A stretch of 50,450 nt of DNA, taken from assembly GCA_949291575.1 (NCBI GenBank), contig CASEWH010000079.1:1-50450 (forward strand), given 5' to 3'. Positions 27,296 to 34,633 of this stretch are shown here, piece by piece (within the stretch, counting starts at the first letter, position 1; each line of letters starts with the position of its first letter). The notes below the pieces were generated by a model. It ran no database searches. It was not told where the DNA came from and worked only from the letters and a program-made list of their open reading frames with translations. The DNA comes from an uncultured bacterium (GTDB lineage: Bacteria > Bacillota_I > Bacilli_A > RF39 > UBA660). Made by a program: the position numbers and the translations under genes.

Positions 27296-27700
27296 ATGAA
27301 AAAGAAAATAAAATATTTATTAATAGGTATCTTAGCTATATTTTTAACAGGCTGCTCTAATAGTAATGTTATTACTGATATTGATTATAGTAAATTAGAA
27401 GAAATGATTGATAATAAGGAAAGCTTTATCTTAGAAATTGTTCAAACTGGATGTTCACATTGTGAAGAATTTTCTCCAAGATTTAGAGCAGTTTTAAAGA
27501 CAAACGACAAAGAAGCTTACTCTCTTAATTTATATAATATGACAGAAGAAGAAAGTAAAAAGTTTAGTGAATTAACAACCAGTGTAAGTGGTACTCCTAC
27601 TGTTTTATATTTTGAAGATGGTAAAGAAACTAGTCATAAAATAAATGGAGCGGTATCTAATGAGAAAATTGAAGAATTTTTAGAAAAGATAGAAAACTAA
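27296..27700 (+). CDS. Thioredoxin-fold lipoprotein (extracytoplasmic thiol-disulfide oxidoreductase)
   Basis: Lipobox IFLTGC-S, the CxxC motif CSHC in ILEIVQTGCSHCEEF, and a cis-Pro loop SGTPTVLYF. ATG 27296 is preferred over the track GTG at 27287. Confidence 0.75.
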   Translation: MKKKIKYLLIGILAIFLTGCSNSNVITDIDYSKLEEMIDNKESFILEIVQTGCSHCEEFSPRFRAVLKTNDKEAYSLNLYNMTEEESKKFSELTTSVSGTPTVLYFEDGKETSHKINGAVSNEKIEEFLEKIEN

Positions 27701-27733
27701 AAGGCTTTGGTGTTTTGCCAAAGCCTTTTTATT
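27701..27733 (+). terminator. Strong bidirectional intrinsic terminator between the thioredoxin-like gene and typA
   Basis: AAGGCTTTGG-N7-CCAAAGCCTT (10-bp stem) is followed by T5 on the plus strand and flanked by an A-run that gives a T-run on the minus strand. Confidence 0.85.
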
Positions 27734-27738
27734 TACTG

Positions 27739-29553
27739 TTATTTATTTTTCTTAGCGTCAAATTTCTTTCTCTCTTCTGTATTTAAAATACGTTTTCTAA
27801 GCCTAATAAAGTTAGGAGTAACTTCAACAAGTTCATCAGAATTAATATAGTCAAGTGCATATTCTAAGGTAATAGGACGAGGTCTTTTTAGAACAACGGT
27901 ATGATCACTTCCTGCAGCACGCATATTTGTTAGTTGTTTACCTTTAACAACATTAACTGCAAGGTCATTATCACGATTACATTCACCTATTATCATACCT
28001 TCATATACTTCAGTACCAGGTTCAATAAACATAGTACCTCTATCTTCTAGATTACCAATTGCATAAGCAGTAGAGTTTCCATTTTCAACAGAAACTAAAA
28101 CACCAAGTTTACGTTCTCCAATATCAACGTTTTCATATGTTTTATAGGAACTAAAGGTGTGATTCATAATTCCATATCCCTTAGTCATAGTCATAAAGTC
28201 TGTAGAAAAACCAATAAGTCCACGAGATGGAATACTATAGTTAAGACGAACTTGATTTTCAAAGTTAGTCATATTTTCCATAACTCCACCACGAGTACCT
28301 AAATGTTCAATAACACTACCAACAACATCTTCTGGTACTTCTATTTGTAACTCTTCCCAAGGTTCACATTTAACACCATCTATTTCTTTAATAATTACTT
28401 TAGGTTTAGATACTTCAAGTTCAAAGCCTTCACGACGCATATTTTCTATTAATATACCAAGATGTAACTCACCACGTCCTGAAACAAGAAAACTATCACG
28501 TCCTGTGTTTTCAACTTTTAAAGATACATCTTTTTGAGTCTCACGTATTAATCTTTCTTCTATTTTACGAGCTGTTAAAATCTTACCATCACGGCCTACA
28601 AAAGGACTACTATTAGTACCAAATGTCATTTGTAATGTAGGTTCATCTATATGTAAAATAGGTAAAGGTAAATTATCTCCCATATTACAAATAGTCTCTC
28701 CTACTGATATATCAGCAAGACCTGCAATAGCGACAATATCTCCTGCTTCAGCACTCTCAATCTCTATACGATTATAGCCATAGTATCCAAACAGTTTTTG
28801 AATCCTAAAGTTCTTAACAGAACCATCTAATCTAATACAACTAACCATTTCACCAGTCTTAATGATTCCATTATGAACACGTCCAATACCAATACGTCCT
28901 ACAAATTCATTATAATCAAGTAATGCTGGTTGAAATTGTAATGATTTAGTATTATCTCCAGTAGGTGCAGGTATTTTATCTATTATTAAGTCAAGTAATG
29001 GTTCAAAGCCTTTTTTCTGAGTACTTATATCATCACTTAAACTACAAGTCTCATTCAAAGCACTAGCATATACAACAGGGAAATCTAGTTGATCTTCATC
29101 AGCACCTAATTCAATGAATAAATCAAGAACTTCATCAACAACAGCACTACATCTTGCACTAGGTTTATCTACTTTATTGATAACTACAATAGGCTTAACC
29201 CCTGCTTCAAAAGCTTTCTTTAAAACAAATCTAGTCTGAGGCATAGCACCTTCATAAGCATCAACAACAAGGATAACACCATCAACCATATTCATAATAC
29301 GTTCAACTTCTCCTCCAAAGTCAGCATGACCAGGAGTATCAAGAATATTAATACGATAACCGTTATAGTCTAAAGCCGTTGTTTTAGCAAGAATTGTAAT
29401 ACCACGTTCTTTCTCTAAAGCATTAGAATCCATTGATACATTACTTACATCTTCATTATCACGAAACATACCAGATGTTTTTAAAATACCATCTACTAAT
29501 GTAGTTTTACCATGATCGACATGGGCAATAATTGCTACATTTCTTTTTTTCAT
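27739..29553 (-). CDS. typA: Translational GTPase TypA/BipA
   Basis: G motifs AIIAHVDHGKTTLVD, DTPGHADF and NKVD, with full-length EF-G-like domain order. ATG 29553; an extended -10 TGATATAAT lies at about 29582-29590. Confidence 0.95.
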   Translation of the reverse strand: MKKRNVAIIAHVDHGKTTLVDGILKTSGMFRDNEDVSNVSMDSNALEKERGITILAKTTALDYNGYRINILDTPGHADFGGEVERIMNMVDGVILVVDAYEGAMPQTRFVLKKAFEAGVKPIVVINKVDKPSARCSAVVDEVLDLFIELGADEDQLDFPVVYASALNETCSLSDDISTQKKGFEPLLDLIIDKIPAPTGDNTKSLQFQPALLDYNEFVGRIGIGRVHNGIIKTGEMVSCIRLDGSVKNFRIQKLFGYYGYNRIEIESAEAGDIVAIAGLADISVGETICNMGDNLPLPILHIDEPTLQMTFGTNSSPFVGRDGKILTARKIEERLIRETQKDVSLKVENTGRDSFLVSGRGELHLGILIENMRREGFELEVSKPKVIIKEIDGVKCEPWEELQIEVPEDVVGSVIEHLGTRGGVMENMTNFENQVRLNYSIPSRGLIGFSTDFMTMTKGYGIMNHTFSSYKTYENVDIGERKLGVLVSVENGNSTAYAIGNLEDRGTMFIEPGTEVYEGMIIGECNRDNDLAVNVVKGKQLTNMRAAGSDHTVVLKRPRPITLEYALDYINSDELVEVTPNFIRLRKRILNTEERKKFDAKKNK

Positions 29554-29596
29554 ACTTATCACACTCCAAAATACGTTCTAAATTATATCATAACTT

Positions 29597-29624
29597 AAAG
29601 AAAAATACTAGAGTTTTCTAGTAT
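29597..29624 (-). terminator. Intrinsic terminator upstream of typA
   Basis: On the minus strand, ATACTAGA-aaac-TCTAGTAT is followed by TTTTCTTT. Confidence 0.6.
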
Positions 29625-29793
29625 TTATATAAAAGACCAATCAGAAAATCCTAATTTTTCTTAGTTAAATTCTCAATTCTCTTTTTAATTAATCTTTTTT
29701 GAATATCTTTCTGATTGTATTCAAAGATAAGCTTATCAACTTCTTCAAAGGGATAAATTCCAATAGATAACATTTCTTCAATTAGTTTATCAT

Positions 29794-29988
29794 TTATAAT
29801 ATTATTTCAAAATAATTAACTAACTTTTTTGGTAAATGAATATTACTATTATAATAAGTTTCCCCTGTACCAACCATTAATCCAAAGTTTTTTAATTTTA
29901 CACCATAATCTTTTCTTTCAAATACAGTTCCTATATGCTTACCCAAACGAATACTATTATCTTCCATAACTACAATTTCATATTTCAT
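29794..29988 (-). CDS. Hypothetical small protein downstream of tsf (may continue in another frame)
   Basis: The ATG is 2 nt after the tsf stop. 64 codons, no family recognised. A further ~50 codons are open in a neighbouring frame down to about 29650. Confidence 0.3.
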   Translation of the reverse strand: MKYEIVVMEDNSIRLGKHIGTVFERKDYGVKLKNFGLMVGTGETYYNSNIHLPKKLVNYFEIIL

Positions 29989-29990
29989 AA

Positions 29991-30869
29991 TTATTTAGCA
30001 GCATTAATTTGACTCATTACTTCATCAGCAAAGTTTTCTTCTTTTTTCTCAATACCTTCACCAACTGCATAACGAATCATTGATACAATAGAACCTCCAT
30101 TATTCTTAACATAATCTCCTACTGTAACATTAGAATCTTTAATAAACGCTTGTTCTTCTAAACAAATCTCTTTATAGAATTTATTTAATCTACCAGTAAC
30201 CATTTTTTCAGCTATTTCTGCAGGTTTACCTTCATTCATAACTTGTTCTTTAATTACTTTTGATTCATGTTCTACCATATCACTTGGAACACTATCTCTA
30301 TTTACACAAACAGGAGCCATAGCTGCAACATGCATAGCAACATCTTTGGCGATGTTCTCTGTAGTATTATCAAGTACTACTAAAGCACCGATTTTACCTC
30401 CCATATGTAGGTAACTTCCAAATACCCCGCTATCAGTTTTCTCTACTAATTCACATCTTCTAAAAGATATTTTTTCTCCTATTTTAGCAGTTAAACTAAC
30501 TAACTTAGCTTCTACAGTCTCTCCATTATCATCAAATGATAAAACTTCTTCTCTAGTCTTTAAATCATTATTAATAATAGTATCTGCTAAATAATTAACA
30601 AAGTTAACAAACTCTTCATTCTTAGCAACAAAGTCAGTCTCAGAATTAACTTCTAATATAACTGCTTTATTATCTTTAACTTCTATTTTACATAAACCTT
30701 CTGCAGCAACTCTAGACTCTTTCTTAGCAGCCTTACTAATACCTTTTTCTCTTAACCAATCAACTGCCTCATCCATATTACCATTACAAGCTTCTAAGGC
30801 TTTCTTACAATCAAGCATTCCTGCCCCAGTCTTATCTCTTAATTCTTTTACATCACTTGCTTTAAACAT
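29991..30869 (-). CDS. tsf: Elongation factor Ts
   Basis: Canonical N-terminus ASDVKELRDKTGAGMLDCKKALE, 292 aa, downstream of rpsB. Confidence 0.95.
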   Translation of the reverse strand: MFKASDVKELRDKTGAGMLDCKKALEACNGNMDEAVDWLREKGISKAAKKESRVAAEGLCKIEVKDNKAVILEVNSETDFVAKNEEFVNFVNYLADTIINNDLKTREEVLSFDDNGETVEAKLVSLTAKIGEKISFRRCELVEKTDSGVFGSYLHMGGKIGALVVLDNTTENIAKDVAMHVAAMAPVCVNRDSVPSDMVEHESKVIKEQVMNEGKPAEIAEKMVTGRLNKFYKEICLEEQAFIKDSNVTVGDYVKNNGGSIVSMIRYAVGEGIEKKEENFADEVMSQINAAK

Positions 30870-30896
30870 AATTTATCCAATCCTTTCTTTAATTTA

Positions 30897-30929
30897 TACA
30901 AAAGGAAGGAGATTCCCTCCCTCCTTCCT
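30897..30929 (-). terminator. Hairpin / attenuator between rpsB and tsf
   Basis: On the minus strand, AGGAAGGAG-N9-CTCCTTCCT (perfect 9-bp stem) is followed by TTTTGT. Confidence 0.6.
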
Positions 30930-30932
30930 ATC

Positions 30933-31892
30933 TTACTTTGATAAAGCTTCTATAATGTCAGCTTTTTTCATACCAGTTGTAGAAATATTTTTAGATTTAG
31001 CTATTTCTTTAAGTTCTGCAACTGTCATTTTACTATAATCAACTGTTTCCTCTTTAGTAGATTCTTTCTTTTCTTCTACTACTTCTTCTTTTTTCTCTTC
31101 TACTTTAACTTCTTTTTTAGTTTCTTTTCTAGTCTCTTTCTTTACTTCCTTCTTAGCTTCTTTTTTATCTTTCTTAGCTTTATCTTCTTCAGTAACATAA
31201 TCAATTACTTCATTACCATTAACTTCTGCAATAGCATTAGTTAAAGCTCCAATAAGTAATTTAACACTTCTTACAGCATCATCATTACCAGGAATAACAT
31301 AATCAACCATATCTGGATCACAGTTTGTATCAACTACACCAAATACAGGAATATTTAAGATTCTAGCTTCTTTAATAGCAATCTCTTCTTTTTTAGGATC
31401 AACTATAACTAAAGCTTGAGGAAGTTTCTTCATATCTCTAATTCCTCTTAAGTTCTTATTAAGTTTCTCATACTCTTTCTTAAGACCAATTACTTCTTTC
31501 TTAGGTAATGCATCGAATGTTCCATCCTCTTCCATTTTTTCGATTTGTTCCATTCTTCTAACTCTTGATCTAATAGTTCTAAAGTTAGTTAATGTACCAC
31601 CTAACCATCTTTCATTAACAAAGTACATATTAGTTCTAATAGCAGATTCTTCTGCAGCTTCTTGAGCTTGTTTCTTAGTTCCAACAAATAGAACTTTTCC
31701 TCCATCTTCTGCTATTGTCTTTAAAGCTTCATATGCTTTATCTAAACATTTAGATGTTTTTTGTAAATCGATAATATAAATATCATCTCTAGTTGTATAA
31801 ATATATTCTCCCATCTTAGGATTCCATCTTCTTTTTTGATGTCCAAATTGAACACCAGCTTCTAATAAATAATTCATTGATACTACGCTCAT
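30933..31892 (-). CDS. rpsB: 30S ribosomal protein S2 with an ~80-aa C-terminal extension (Lys/Glu-rich linker + Rho_N/HeH-like module)
   Basis: Canonical S2 N-terminus [27 protein letters not shown] and core. Residues ~238-319 are [18 protein letters not shown]... followed by [35 protein letters not shown]. Confidence 0.95.
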   Translation of the reverse strand: MSVVSMNYLLEAGVQFGHQKRRWNPKMGEYIYTTRDDIYIIDLQKTSKCLDKAYEALKTIAEDGGKVLFVGTKKQAQEAAEESAIRTNMYFVNERWLGGTLTNFRTIRSRVRRMEQIEKMEEDGTFDALPKKEVIGLKKEYEKLNKNLRGIRDMKKLPQALVIVDPKKEEIAIKEARILNIPVFGVVDTNCDPDMVDYVIPGNDDAVRSVKLLIGALTNAIAEVNGNEVIDYVTEEDKAKKDKKEAKKEVKKETRKETKKEVKVEEKKEEVVEEKKESTKEETVDYSKMTVAELKEIAKSKNISTTGMKKADIIEALSK

Positions 31893-31990
31893 ATTTTAAT
31901 CTCCTTTTCGTTTTAATCTTCTATTTTGTTCTAAAAATTATCACTGATTATACTATAGTCAGCACTAGATAATTCAATTCCAAAATATGT

Positions 31991-32599
31991 TTATTTTTCT
32001 AAAGCTTCAATTATATCAGCTTTTTTCATACCTGTAGTTGCAATACCTTTTTCTTTAGCAATTTCTTTAAGTTCAGCAACTGTCATTTTACTATAGTCTA
32101 CTTTCTCTTCTTTTTTAGTCTCTTTCTTAGCAGTTTCTTTCTTAGTTGTAGCTTTCTTCTCAGTAGTCTTTACTTCTTCTTTAGTACTATTACTCTTAAC
32201 AGTTACCTCATTAGTAGATTTAACTTCATTTACTTTTATTTTACCTTCTTTACCTTTTTTAGCTACTTCAACTAATTCAGTAAATGCTTTAGGATCATTA
32301 ATAGCAATCTCACTTAACATTTTACGGTTAACTTCAACGCCTGCTTTATTTAATCCTTCTATAAATCTAGAATAACTAATACCATTTTCTCTACATGCTG
32401 CATTAATTCTAGTTATCCATAATTTTCTAAATTCTCTTTTCTTTTGCTTTCTATCTCTAAAAGCATATTGACCAGAATGCATTAATTGTTCTTTAGCACT
32501 CTTATAAAGTCTATGTTTACTACCAAAGTATCCTTTAGCTTGTTTTAATACTTTCTTATGACGAGCTTTTGTAACTGCTCCATTCTTAACTCTTGCCAT
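31991..32599 (-). CDS. rplT: 50S ribosomal protein L20 with an ~85-aa C-terminal extension (Lys/Glu/Thr-rich linker + Rho_N/HeH-like module)
   Basis: Canonical L20 core ([33 protein letters not shown] ... [18 protein letters not shown]) is followed by a linker and [36 protein letters not shown]. Confidence 0.95.
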   Translation of the reverse strand: MARVKNGAVTKARHKKVLKQAKGYFGSKHRLYKSAKEQLMHSGQYAFRDRKQKKREFRKLWITRINAACRENGISYSRFIEGLNKAGVEVNRKMLSEIAINDPKAFTELVEVAKKGKEGKIKVNEVKSTNEVTVKSNSTKEEVKTTEKKATTKKETAKKETKKEEKVDYSKMTVAELKEIAKEKGIATTGMKKADIIEALEK

Positions 32600-32620
32600 C
32601 TTTACATCCTCCTTCTTTTA

Positions 32621-32806
32621 TTAAATAATGTTCTTTAAACGATTTTGATCTGCTTTAGATAAGCTAGATGCACTTCTTTTCTTTCTATTAACTTTTCTTG
32701 ACTTATATCCAGTATTATGTCTACTTCCTGGATGTCCTATTTTATAATCATTTTTTCTTTTCTTAAATACTTTCTTACTACCTTTATGTGTTTTTAATTT
32801 AGGCAT
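32621..32806 (-). CDS. rpmI: 50S ribosomal protein L35
   Basis: MPKLKTHKGSKKVFKKRKN...; 61 aa, basic, between infC and rplT. Confidence 0.9.
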   Translation of the reverse strand: MPKLKTHKGSKKVFKKRKNDYKIGHPGSRHNTGYKSRKVNRKKRSASSLSKADQNRLKNII

Positions 32807-32820
32807 TATAATTCCTCCTT

Positions 32821-33354
32821 CTACTTATCTTTCTTTGGTACTAAAAACATTGTCATAGTACGACCATCTAACTTTGGATGTTGATCAATTGTTGCATAAT
32901 CTAGAGTCCTATTAGCAAATTTCTCTAATACTTCTTTACCTAATTCAGTATGAGCCATTTGTCTTCCTTTGAATCTAATCGTAAGTTTAATCTTATCACC
33001 TTTTTGTAAGTACTTAATAACGTTTCTAAGTTTAGTTTCAAAGTCCCCTACATCAATAACAGGAGATAATCTAAACTCTTTTAACTCTGCCTGACTTGCT
33101 CTTTGTTTTTTCAAAGCTTCTTTTTCTTTCTTTTGTCTTTCGTAACGGTATTTATTATAATCCATTACTTTACAAACAGGCGGATTTCCATTAGGATTCA
33201 TTAAAACTAAATCTAAATTAGCATATTTTGCTAGAGTTCTAGCATCTTCTATAGATTTAATTCCAACTTGTTCTCCATTAGGACCAATAACTAATACTTC
33301 TTTAGCTCTAATTTGCTCATTAATTAATTGACTCTTATTATCTTTTGCTATAAT
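32821..33354 (-). CDS. infC: Translation initiation factor IF-3, predicted AUU (ATT) start
   Basis: Read from ATT at 33354, the protein starts (M)IAKDNKSQLINEQIRAKEVLVIGPNGEQ..., matching the usual IF-3 N-terminus. RBS GGAGGTG lies 5 nt upstream. The track start (GTG 33399) lies inside the leader hairpin. Confidence 0.9.
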   Translation of the reverse strand: MIAKDNKSQLINEQIRAKEVLVIGPNGEQVGIKSIEDARTLAKYANLDLVLMNPNGNPPVCKVMDYNKYRYERQKKEKEALKKQRASQAELKEFRLSPVIDVGDFETKLRNVIKYLQKGDKIKLTIRFKGRQMAHTELGKEVLEKFANRTLDYATIDQHPKLDGRTMTMFLVPKKDK

Positions 33355-33366
33355 TAACACCTCCAT

Positions 33367-33400
33367 AAAATTAAGAAAAGTGGATATATTAATACCCACT
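33367..33400 (-). terminator. Leader terminator/attenuator hairpin upstream of infC (candidate L20-responsive leader element)
   Basis: On the minus strand, AGTGGGTAT-loop-ATATCCACT (9 bp with one G-T pair) is followed by TTTTCTTAATTTT, located between the promoter and the infC RBS. Confidence 0.45.
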
Positions 33401-33511
33401 AAAAAACCAAAAATAATAATGTATTACTTATATCTAATCTTGGCTTTTTACCTATTGACTTACTTATCAATCAGGTGGTGGGGTATCCCATCTCTTTCCT
33501 TTTCTTCAAGT

Positions 33512-33540
33512 ATTGTATGCTAAAAATCTAGGTTTGTCAA
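33512..33540 (-). promoter_or_regulatory. Promoter of the infC-rpmI-rplT operon
   Basis: On the minus strand, TTGACA-N17-TACAAT. Confidence 0.7.
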
Positions 33541-33578
33541 CACTTTTTTGCTACTTTGTTACTACTTTTTTTAACAAA

Positions 33579-34229
33579 TTAAACTCCATCTATACAGTTT
33601 TCATAAAGCCACTCTTTTAACTTAGTATTATCTCCACTCTCATAGTATTCAATTAATTTAGTTAAATAGTTACCAATCTCTTCAACAGGTACTGCTATTA
33701 TACCTAGCCCATTTTTAATCATTTCTTTATTAGCAACTAAGTTGGCAACTAATTTTTTACCATCTAAAAACATTTGAGACCTCTGAAGCCAGCAAAATAA
33801 ATCAATACATCTTTCCAATTTATTTTTATTACTTAAAATCTCTTTTAATTCTTCATCATAATCACATTCACTAGGAAGTTTTGGTCTCCAAGAAGTACCA
33901 GTAATACCAACGTCTTTGTCTCTAAAATCACCTAAAGGATAAATACTTTCACATTTACATACTTCAAAATGTATTTTCTTAATAAAATCTATAGTAAGTT
34001 CTTCATTAACATGATTTATTACATATTCCCAAGCATCTTTTAATCCTTTGAGTTTCAACATATCATCAACTGAAATATTTCCTGTATTAACATTATTCAT
34101 AAAAGCATAAGTATTAGCGAAAGTTACAGCAATTCCTTCAAGATTAGCACTCTTATAAATATTATCTACAAGTTTTCTTTTAGCAAAAAATATATTATCT
34201 TCTAAAGACATATTATACTTATCTTTCAT
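33579..34229 (-). CDS. Fic/Doc-fold protein with a degenerate active-site motif and an N-terminal inhibitory-helix-like motif
   Basis: ATG 34229 follows RBS GGAAGGAGAAG; the track start 34268 is a TTG. The sequence shows SANLEG, which fits the (S/T)xxxE(G/N) motif; GDFRDKDVGITG; and QMFLDGKKLVANLVANKEMIKNG where Fic proteins have HPFx(D/E)GN(G/K)R. The catalytic His and the GNGR residues are therefore not conserved. Confidence 0.55.
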   Translation of the reverse strand: MKDKYNMSLEDNIFFAKRKLVDNIYKSANLEGIAVTFANTYAFMNNVNTGNISVDDMLKLKGLKDAWEYVINHVNEELTIDFIKKIHFEVCKCESIYPLGDFRDKDVGITGTSWRPKLPSECDYDEELKEILSNKNKLERCIDLFCWLQRSQMFLDGKKLVANLVANKEMIKNGLGIIAVPVEEIGNYLTKLIEYYESGDNTKLKEWLYENCIDGV

Positions 34230-34317
34230 TTGCCACTTCTCCTTCCAACACATATCATCACTTATCAAAGTAATATTCTTTATTTTCTTTGTAAAGCATT
34301 TTTTTGATTAAAGTTTC

Positions 34318-34346
34318 TTTAAAATATTTTGTATACATGATATAAT
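34318..34346 (+). promoter_or_regulatory. Candidate plus-strand promoter inside the Fic-like upstream region
   Basis: TTTAAA-N17-TATAAT with an extended -10 (TGATATAAT). It would drive a ~100-nt transcript ending at the hairpin/T-run at 34435-34457. Confidence 0.35.
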
Positions 34347-34432
34347 ATTAATGTAGATAATATTATATCTACAATCTTGGTCTATTATTTATAATGGATC
34401 AAACCCGTGTTGGCACTATGTGCCGCTTAGAA

Positions 34433-34457
34433 AAGTAACCTTTATGGTTGCTTTTTT
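34433..34457. repeat. Degenerate, internally deleted copy of the 34-nt repeat; forms a hairpin with flanking A/T runs
   Basis: aagtaacctttatggttgctttttt compared with the repeat unit aagttcctgttatggtcgg(aatcaccag)ctttttt. A GTAACC/GGTTGC stem (one G-T pair) is followed by T6 on the plus strand. Confidence 0.45.
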
Positions 34458-34467
34458 AATTTCTATA

Positions 34468-34494
34468 TACAAAAACTAGAGTTTGCTCTCTAGT
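34468..34494 (-). terminator. Bidirectional intrinsic terminator immediately after the repeat array
   Basis: ACTAGAG-N6-CTCTAGT is followed by TTTTTGT on the minus strand and by TTCTTTTTTT on the plus strand. Confidence 0.7.
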
Positions 34495-34504
34495 TTCTTT
34501 TTTT

Positions 34505-34606
34505 AGTTCCTGTTATAGTCGGAATCACCGCTTTTTTAAGTTCCTGTTATAGTCGGAATCACTGCTTTTTTAAGTTCCTGTTATGGTCGGAATCACCAGC
34601 TTTTTT
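34505..34606 (-). repeat. Three tandem direct repeats of 33-35 nt (minus-strand unit AAAAAAGC[G/A/TG]GTGATTCCGAC[T/C]ATAACAGGAACTT)
   Basis: Units lie at 34505-34537, 34538-34571 and 34572-34606 with 2-3 substitutions or indels between copies. A partial unit (AGTGATT...) sits at 34607-34623. Confidence 0.9.
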
Positions 34607-34633
34607 ACAACACATAATCACTTATGTAGCTAT

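Larger units (their letters stand above)
1..27735 (-). mobile_element. Right-hand portion of a putative conjugative or mobilisable island (T4SS + Tad-like pilus cluster, VapD-like gene). The left end is outside the window and the right end lies somewhere between 27182 and 27739
   Basis: An uninterrupted block of minus-strand accessory genes (VirD4, VirB4, VirB6-like, wall hydrolases, Tad-like genes, sortase) abuts housekeeping typA. No integrase, relaxase or att repeat is visible in the window, so the limits are inferred from gene content only. Confidence 0.5.
34468..34627 (-). ncRNA. Candidate ~160-nt small RNA made of 34-nt tandem repeats (ToxI-like antitoxin array or protein-sponge RNA)
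   Basis: The segment is bounded by a near-consensus promoter and an intrinsic terminator, has no ORF, and is internally repetitive with A6 linkers. Confidence 0.45.

Noticed and set aside
30933-32248. The S2/L20 C-terminal extensions considered as an assembly chimera or mis-called stop codons
   Set aside because: Both ORFs run in frame from canonical cores through the linker to proper stop codons. The rpsB ORF is followed by a terminator hairpin. The two DNA copies differ at many synonymous and linker positions, which argues against a collapsed-repeat artefact.
34269-34346. A 26-codon minus-strand ORF (MYTKYFKETLIKKMLYKENKEYYFDK) between the repeat RNA and the Fic-like gene, considered as a hidden toxin or leader peptide
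   Set aside because: It has no RBS and a lysine-rich composition typical of AT-rich noise, and it overlaps the candidate plus-strand promoter.
34505-34606. The 34-nt tandem repeats considered as a small CRISPR array
   Set aside because: The would-be spacers are only a 6-7-nt A/T run and are identical. There are only three full units, no cas genes are in the window, and the units are contiguous direct repeats rather than repeat-spacer alternation.
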